From Chiloscyllium plagiosum (taxonomy: Eukaryota), in contig NC_057735.1 of assembly GCF_004010195.1 (NCBI RefSeq), forward strand, positions 11,154,420-11,214,675: a stretch of 60,256 nt of DNA, in the 5' to 3' direction. The translations under genes were made by a program, and so were the position numbers. Under the pieces are notes generated by a model. It was not told the origin of the DNA and made no database searches. It saw only the letters and a program-made list of their open reading frames with translations. Of this stretch, positions 52,801 to 60,256 are shown piece after piece; position 1 is the stretch's first letter; every line of letters begins with the position of its first letter.

Positions 52801-55670
52801 GAATAGTTCAGTGTGGAGCTAACAACATCGTGGATGAGAGCTCTGCTGGACAGGGAGATGGAGGAGTCAGTGGCTAAGGAAAGGTGATTGTGCTGGGATA
52901 AAGACAATGGCTTCAATCTTCAGAATTGTCAGGTGTAATTTTATTGAAGTCGTGAAAATGCCCAGACAAGCACAAACACAGCAGGTCGGTATGTCAGAGA
53001 CAGTCCTTAAACTGGATCAATGGCGATGGAGGCATCAACCATCACTATCAATCCTGAGCCGTACATCTAGCTGTCTCCTTGGAGAGGTGAACAACTGTCA
53101 TTCAGACTCAGGCTCAGTACTCACTGTCTGCTGGATATGACCCATTGGCAAGAAGATTCAGGATGTGGGGGGGCTGCTGTTGGACTGGGGTGGACAAAGC
53201 TGAAAATCACACGACACCAGATTATACACCAACAGGTTTATTTGAAAATACAAGCTTTCAGAGCACTACTCCTTTGTCAGGTAGCCAGTGGGACAGGATA
53301 CATAGGACACAGCATCTATAAGTAAAAGATCAAAGTGTCACACGATGGATGCAATATATTAGAGAACCCTAGATTGCTGTTAAGTCTGTAATCACGTAGA
53401 ATGGGGATGCAGGTTTCGATTGATTAATATGTAAATCCCAGAATTTCTCTCAAGTCACCACCCCAATATATCTTAAGGCTTTATCAGTAAAATAAAAAAG
53501 TGACATCTCAGCTCAGACCTTGTATTAAAGGTATGAGGTTAGAGTCTCATCTCTAGTCAGACTGGTTTTATTTTGAAAGTAAGAATTGATAAAATATCAC
53601 ATTAACTCACTGCCTATAGATTGTGTGCTTTTTGAACGGAATAGAAAGTATCTACAAATACAGATTTGCAAATGCAGTTCACCCCATAGACTTATATATG
53701 TGTGTGTGTGTAGCAGGGGAGGTTGGGGGAGAGATGGACAGGGATGATGTTTGTGAGGGAGAGAGAGAGTGTCTGAAAATTCAGGGGAAATGTTGTCCAT
53801 ATCATATCTCCATTAGGATGCCTCAAGTGTGTATCCTCATTCAAATGTCATCGACACCACCAAGCACTGTGCACATTGCAGACTATCTCCTCACAGTGTG
53901 TGAACCTGGCAGCTGAGAATTGCTGTCTTCCACTGTTTGCCATGCTGTGAATTACAGAAATACCAAACCCAAGTGGCACTTTAAAATTAGCTTGTCAGAT
54001 TATATTCACGTCGTTAATGAGACACCGAGGGTGAACAATGTTGTAGTCAATGATTGCTTGAGGCCATCACCTGTAATGTTTATTTCTGGACAATGAGTGA
54101 CCTGTTGTTGAAGTGTAATTTGATGCCAGTGATAGGACTGAATCAGTGAATGCATGGTGGATGCAATTGCCCCGAATAGGTTTCAAATTCATAGAGCTTT
54201 GCACTAGCCCTCTCCCCCTTATCATCCTAAAATATGTATAACTGACTCCACTCCCACTCTGCAATTGGGTGTCAGTCATTTTACACAGTTATTGTGCAGC
54301 AACTGGGTCAGGATGGATGAAGTGTCAACTGAGTGCTTTTGTGACAAAAACACAAATTGCTGGAGAAACACAGCAGATCTGGGGACACCTGTGGAGAGAA
54401 AGCAGAGTCACTGATTCACGTCTGTTGACCATTCTTCGGAAGTGTTAGTAGGTTCGATAAGGTGCTCCACATGCTACAGACATGGGGAGTAGGGTGTTTC
54501 TGTGAATTAACACCAGACTCTACCTGTGATGCAGAATGATCCTTCTTCCTCTCTTTAATGTTGTTGTCCCTGTGGATCCAATGATCTTTTGTCACCTCAC
54601 CATTTCTGTTCATTCTCTCTCTATAGCCAAATGTCCCTAATTTCCCACAAGAGCTCATGTCTTTGAGAATTACAAAGCCCTTATTGGTCCTAACCCTCCC
54701 CATGTGAAGGACAAAATGGCACTGACCTGGGAAAATATCATTTCCTTTTGTTCTCTGGTGCCTCCTATGTTCTATGAGAGCCCCAGAAAGAGGGATTTGA
54801 TGCTGTATTTCTAATTTAGATCAGACAAGATTCAGGTTACTTTGTTTATATGTTTATTAATATCTGCATGGGAGCTGTACACATCAACAAATGCTGAACA
54901 GGTCAATTCATTTGAACAGCAACAAATGTATTTTATTATTTTAACAGATAACAAGGTTTTGTCCAGTCAAACTAATACACACTAACTCACTGATATCTCT
55001 ACCCAAAGATAATTACATTGTCTTCATTCCAGATTAGGACACATGACTATATTATCCAATAAGGTTTAAACGAGAGCATGGACAAGGTGAACAGCCAAGG
55101 TCTTTTTCATCTCTGGGAGTGTCCAGAACTAGAGGGCATAGGTTGAAGGTGAGAGAGAAAAGATTTCAAAATGACCTGAGGAGTAACTTTTTCACACAGA
55201 TGGTGGGTGCGTGTATGAAATGAGGTGCCAGAGGAAGTGATGGAGGCTGGTACAATGACAGCATTTAACAGCATGACGTCATCATGGAGAGAGATGACGT
55301 AAGACCAGAGTAGGCCATTCAGCTCCCTCGAGGCTCCTTCAGCATTCACCTGAATCAGAGCAGATCTTCCACCTGAATACCATTTTTCTTGCACTAATTC
55401 CATATCCCTCCCTATCTTTCTTACCCAGAACATTATTGATCTTGTTTTGAATATACTCAAGGCTGGAGCCTCCAGAGCTCTCTGGGGCAGAGAATTCCAA
55501 CAAACCATCACCCTCTGAGTGAAGAAATTCCTGCTCATCTCAGTCACAAATGGTCAACCCATTCTTCTCAAACTGTGTCACCTGCTTCGAAACCCCTCCA
55601 CCCAGGGCCACCTCATTGATGGGGAACTTAGAGTGCTCAAAATCATTCGTGTAAAGGCCATGATGCTCAC

Positions 55671-55761
55671 CTCATGTTTTCGTGTAAACATTGTGACTGA
55701 AACAGAACAAATCACCAGGAGAGTGAAGAGTACCCAGCGTATCACATCCCAGGCAACGTAA
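55671..55761 (-). CDS. Gene D transmembrane exon, no stop (ends KHE at a phase-0 donor)
   Basis: acacag acceptor; SYVAWDVIRWVLFTLLVICSVSVTMFTRKHE/gtgagc; functionality of gene D unknown. Confidence 0.7.
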
Positions 55762-55837
55762 CTGTGTAAAACAGAAAAAATACAAAATAATTTGAAGTAA
55801 ACAAGACTGCTTCATATTTCAAGTACATATTCCCTTG

Positions 55838-56126
55838 TTAGATTAGATTCTGTACAGTATGGAAACAGGCCCTTCAGTGCAACAAGTCTGCACTGACCCT
55901 CTGAAGTGTAACCTACCTGGACTCACTCCCCTACATTTACCCCGGCTCTGGGCAATTTATGATGGCCAATTCACCTAACCTGCATATCATTGGATTGTGG
56001 ATGGAAACTAGAGCAGACACGGGGAGAATGTGCAAACTCCACACAGACAGTCACCTGAGGTGGGAATCAAACCCGGGTCCCTAGCGCTGTGAGGCAGCAG
56101 TGCTAACCACTGAGCCACCATGCCAC
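55838..56126 (-). mobile_element. HE1-like SINE in gene D intron
   Basis: Reverse complement of GGCATGGTGGCTCAGTGGTTAGCACTGC; absent from paralogs. Confidence 0.85.
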
Positions 56127-56729
56127 CCCTGTTAACCTGTGACACTGCAGTATATTGTAGCAAATTAAAGCAGCAAAGCTAAAGGAATTATGTGGGAAAA
56201 TTAAATTACAGTTTTTTTATTACTAACATGAACAACAGATAAAGTTCAAATGAAAGAATCCTCTGTAGTACGTCCTGTAATGGTATTTATATCTGATGAA
56301 GCAGTCTTTATGTTAGCTCCTGTCAGGTGCAGACAAGGCGTGGCTATTGTAGTCCTGACAAATCAACATATGGACAGAACAGTTTCTGGTCTAAATGTAC
56401 CTTCCAGCCACAGAAATGAACAACAGATAAAGGTCAAATGAAACAAGTTGCAGTAACATGTCCTGGAATGGTCAGCCCAATGTTATACATGAGGATTATA
56501 AGGTTAAATGGGTGGACCTGGTGCAAGTGGCCCTGCAGTCTGGTGTAATATTCCAGTGGGTGAGGTGTCTCTTCAGTGAGTGAGGAACTCAGAATAACAT
56601 CATCCTATACTGTTCCTGCACCTGCTAACAGGCCAGTATTATCCAGCTGAAACCAGACAGCCTTCCACCCTCTCAGTTTGGGAACAATGTATAACACGAG
56701 AGAATGGAGGAGGAGAAGATGACATGCAG

Positions 56730-57105
56730 CATCAATGTGGATTTCATCAGTTTGCTCATTTCCCCTCCCCCCACCTTATCCCAGATACAACCCCTTCAAC
56801 TCAGCATCACCCTCATGACCTGTCCTACCAGTCCATCTTCCTTCCCACTTATCCACTCCTCCCTATTCTCTCTCCTATCACTGTGATCCCCAACTCTATC
56901 TACCTATCACACTCTCAGCTACCTTCTCCCCAGCCCCACCTCCCTCTCATCTATTTCTCAGTCACCTGGCCCACATTCCTGATAAAGGACTCTTGCCCGA
57001 AATGTCAACTCTCCTGCTCCTCGGATGCTGCTTGACCTGCTGTGCTTTTCCAGCACCACACCCTCGACTCTGATCTCCAGCATCTGCAGTCCTCACTTTC
57101 TACTC
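56730..57105 (+). mobile_element. Penelope-like 3' fragment
   Basis: C/T-rich tract, degenerate cctgataaaggactcttgcccgaaatgtc, ..ctccagcatctgcagtcctcactttc. Confidence 0.6.
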
Positions 57106-57463
57106 AAGAATGTAATGTCACTGTCAGTGATTCTCCAGAACACTCTGGTTTAAAAAGCTATCGTTGTTGGTCTTTAAAAAATACCGTGAGCCGAGATAAA
57201 TAATGGAGCAGTGAATTTTAATGCTGAAAACAGCATCTCAATCTGGAACGTTCCAAACAGAAAGTTGGTACTTCCTGTTATGAATTTCCAATTACATAAA
57301 TAGCGACATTGTAAGGAAGGTAACAGAATAGCACTGTATAAAATCAGCCATCATTTCGATTTTGTTAAATTGTCATTTGAAATTGAAAATTATTGTACAC
57401 TTTATGTTAAATCAGCGACTCTCACTTGGAATCAATGAAATTTTGACCATGAAATTGTTCTAT

Positions 57464-57545
57464 CTTTTCCTGACAGACTTGGATTCTGAAGATGATCTTG
57501 TTGTTGGTGACATTGTTGAAGAGACTGCACAAGTATATTCACTTC
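57464..57545 (-). pseudogene. Gene D short stalk exon with mutated donor (GT to AT)
   Basis: caatag acceptor; GSEYTCAVSSTMSPTTRSSSESKSVRK; donor reads atagaa versus gtagaa in paralogs. Confidence 0.65.
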
Positions 57546-57963
57546 CTATTGAGACCTCAGAAAATATTTAGCTTCATCTGGGTCTCACTTCCAGACAACC
57601 AAGAGAGCTCTCCTCACCAATGGAACCTCACGGCTTGTTGTGAACAATAGATTTTGTTGAATTCATTTCTCTCTAACTCCCCCTGTCTGGAGCGATGTGG
57701 TAGCAACCTAGCTTGAACATAATTTGTGTTTGGATCCTCGCCTGGACATTGATGCTCCTGTATCCTTATTAAAGCATTTGAAAGGCTGAGGTTGGTGGGA
57801 CTATATTCCTGAGATCCCCTTTCTCATCCTTGTCAAATGTAAAGGAATGTTCCAGACACTGAGCTGGTCACTGTCCCCTGCTGGACAATATATTCCTGGG
57901 GGATCCAGCAGCCCATGTTCTGTTCTGTAATATCCTTGATGTGGAGGTGCTGGTATTGGACTG

Positions 57964-58111
57964 GGGTGATATTGTTGGTGATGTTGTTGGTAATATTATT
58001 GGTGATATTGTTGGTGATATCGTTGGTGATATTGTTGGTGATGTTGTTCATATTATTGGTGAACTCGTTGGTGATATTGCTGTTGATGTTGGTGATATTG
58101 TTGGTGATATT
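57964..58111 (-). repeat. 12-bp repeat (ACAATATCACCA, reading TISP) running into gap
   Basis: Same unit as in the gene C stalk exon; about 12 copies visible, one with TGA. Confidence 0.85.
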
Positions 58112-58611
58112 NNNNNNNNNNNNNNNNNNNNNNNNNNNNNNNNNNNNNNNNNNNNNNNNNNNNNNNNNNNNNNNNNNNNNNNNNNNNNNNNNNNNNNNNN
58201 NNNNNNNNNNNNNNNNNNNNNNNNNNNNNNNNNNNNNNNNNNNNNNNNNNNNNNNNNNNNNNNNNNNNNNNNNNNNNNNNNNNNNNNNNNNNNNNNNNNN
58301 NNNNNNNNNNNNNNNNNNNNNNNNNNNNNNNNNNNNNNNNNNNNNNNNNNNNNNNNNNNNNNNNNNNNNNNNNNNNNNNNNNNNNNNNNNNNNNNNNNNN
58401 NNNNNNNNNNNNNNNNNNNNNNNNNNNNNNNNNNNNNNNNNNNNNNNNNNNNNNNNNNNNNNNNNNNNNNNNNNNNNNNNNNNNNNNNNNNNNNNNNNNN
58501 NNNNNNNNNNNNNNNNNNNNNNNNNNNNNNNNNNNNNNNNNNNNNNNNNNNNNNNNNNNNNNNNNNNNNNNNNNNNNNNNNNNNNNNNNNNNNNNNNNNN
58601 NNNNNNNNNNN

Positions 58612-60256
58612 ATTGTCAGAGGATCAGTGTGGAGGGAGTGCAGCGTTGTCAGAGGATCAGTGTCGAGGGAGTGCAGCATTATCAGAGGGTCAGGATGGAG
58701 GGAGTGCAGCATTATCAGAGGGTCAGGGTGGAGGGAGTGCAGCAGTGTCAGAGGATCAGTGTCAAGGGAGTGCAGCATTGTCAGAGGATCAGTGTGGAGG
58801 GAAGGCAGGATTATCTGAGGGTCAGGATGGAGGGAGTACAGCAATGTCAGAGGATCAGTGAGGAGGAAGTGCAGCATTGTCAGAGGATAATTGTGCAGGG
58901 AGTGCAGCATTGTCAGAGGGTCAGGATGGAGGGAGTGCAGCATTGTCAGAGGATAGTGTGGATGGAGGGCAGTATTGTTAGAGGATCCGTGCGGATGGAG
59001 TGCAGCATTGTCAGAGGGTCAGTGCAGAGGAAGTGCAGCAATGTCAGAGGATCAGTGTGGAGGGAGTGCAGCATTGTCAGAGGGTCAGGACGGAGGGAGT
59101 GCAGCATTGTCAGAGTATCAGTATGGAGGGAGTGCAGCCTTATCAGAGGGTCAGTGTGGAGGGAGGGCAGCATTGTCAGAGGATCAGTGTGGAGGGAGTG
59201 CACCGTTGACAGAGAATCAGTGTGGTGGTAGTGCAGTATTGTTCGAGGATCAGTGAGGAGGGAGTGCAACATTGTCAGGGGGACTGTGTGGACGGAGTGC
59301 AGCATTGTCAGAGGGTCAGGATGGAGGGAGTGCAGCATTATCAGAGGGTCAGGATGGAGGGAGTGCAGCATAGTCAGGGGGTCAGAATGGGGGGAGTGCA
59401 GCATTGTCAGAGGGTCAGTGTGGAGGGAGTGCAGAATTGTCAGAGGATCAGTGTGGAGGTAGTGCAGCATTGTCAGAGGATCAGTGTGGAGGGAGTGCAG
59501 CATTGCCAGGGGTACAGTGTGGACGCAGTGCAGCATTGTCAGAGGGTCAGGATGGAGGGAGTGCAGCATGATCAGAGGGTCAGTGTGGAGGGAAGACAGC
59601 ATTGTCAGAGGATCAGTGTGGAGGGAGTACAGCGTTGTCAGAGAATCAGTGTGGTGGTAGTGCAGCATTGTCAGAGGATCAGTGTCGAGGGAGAGCAACA
59701 TTGTCAGAGGATCAGTGTGGAGGGAGTGCAGCATTGTCAGAGGGTCAGGACGGAGGGAGTGCAGCATTATAAGAGGGTCAGGGTGGAGGGAGTGCAGCAT
59801 TGTCAGAGGGTCAGGATGGAGGGTGTGCAGCATTATCAGAGGGTCAGGGTGGAGGGAGTGCAGCATTGTCAGAGGATCAGTGTGGAGGGAGTGCAGCATT
59901 GTCAGATGATCAGTGTCGAGGGAGAGCAACATTGTCAGAGGATCAGTGTGGAGGTTGTGCAGCATTATCAGAGGGTCAGTGTGGAGGGATTGCAGCATTA
60001 TCAGAGGATCAGTGTGGAGGTAGTGCAGCATTGTCAGAGGATCAGTGTGGAGGTTGTGCAGCATTATCAGAGGGTCAGTGTGGAGGGATTGCAGCATTAT
60101 CAGAGGATCAGTGTGGAGGTAGTGCAGCATTGTCAGAGGATCAGTGTGGAGGTTGTGCAGCATTATCAGAGGGTCAGTGTGGAGGGATTGCAGCATTATC
60201 AGAGGATCAGTGTGGAGGTAGTGCAGCATTGTCAGAGGATCAGTGTGGAGGGAGTG
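58612..60256. repeat. 33-bp minisatellite (GCAGCATTGTCAGAGGATCAGTGTGGAGGGAGT)
   Basis: About 50 tandem copies; the last ones alternate in a 99-bp higher-order pattern. Confidence 0.97.

Noticed and set aside
54416-54930. Cytoplasmic exon(s) for gene D
   Set aside because: Candidate acceptors are weak or not conserved in the gene C paralog; no clear ITIM/ITAM
58053-60229. Long ORFs (427 aa LHSLHTDPLTM repeats, 438 aa and others)
   Set aside because: By-products of a 33-bp minisatellite and an N gap; open in several frames, with no splice or domain evidence

Overview
Vertebrate genomic DNA with three N gaps. It is very likely from a cartilaginous fish (shark), judging by HE1-like SINEs, shark-type CR1 LINEs and Penelope-like elements. 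The ORF track is almost entirely TE-, repeat- or gap-derived; the real genes are spliced and were rebuilt by hand from GT-AG sites. The window holds a segmentally duplicated cluster of immunoglobulin-superfamily receptor genes of the CD300/pIgR/TREM-like (skate MDIR-type) group, with the layout leader - V-type Ig (KYWC, DxGxYxC) - C2/I-type Ig - Ser/Thr/Pro stalk - TM (WDVIRW). One copy looks fully intact: gene C, minus strand, exons 44716-44680, 42658-42344, 42212-41889, 37618-37486 and 36599-36509, 900 nt, 299 aa. It has a TM Arg and a 4-residue tail, as expected of an activating-type receptor. The other copies are: gene A (+, 715-10800), a pseudogene; gene B (+, 16743-27153), a divergent frameshifted fragment; an orphan duplicated leader exon (49823-49787); and the 3' end of gene D (minus), whose TM exon ends in GAG instead of TAG. 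Plus- and minus-strand arrays converge at about 27.2-27.9 kb. The rest is CR1 LINEs (one with a twin-priming-type inversion), SINEs, Penelope-like termini carrying minimal hammerhead ribozyme motifs, and 12-, 21- and 33-bp minisatellites. TE boundaries are approximate; exon boundaries were read to the base.
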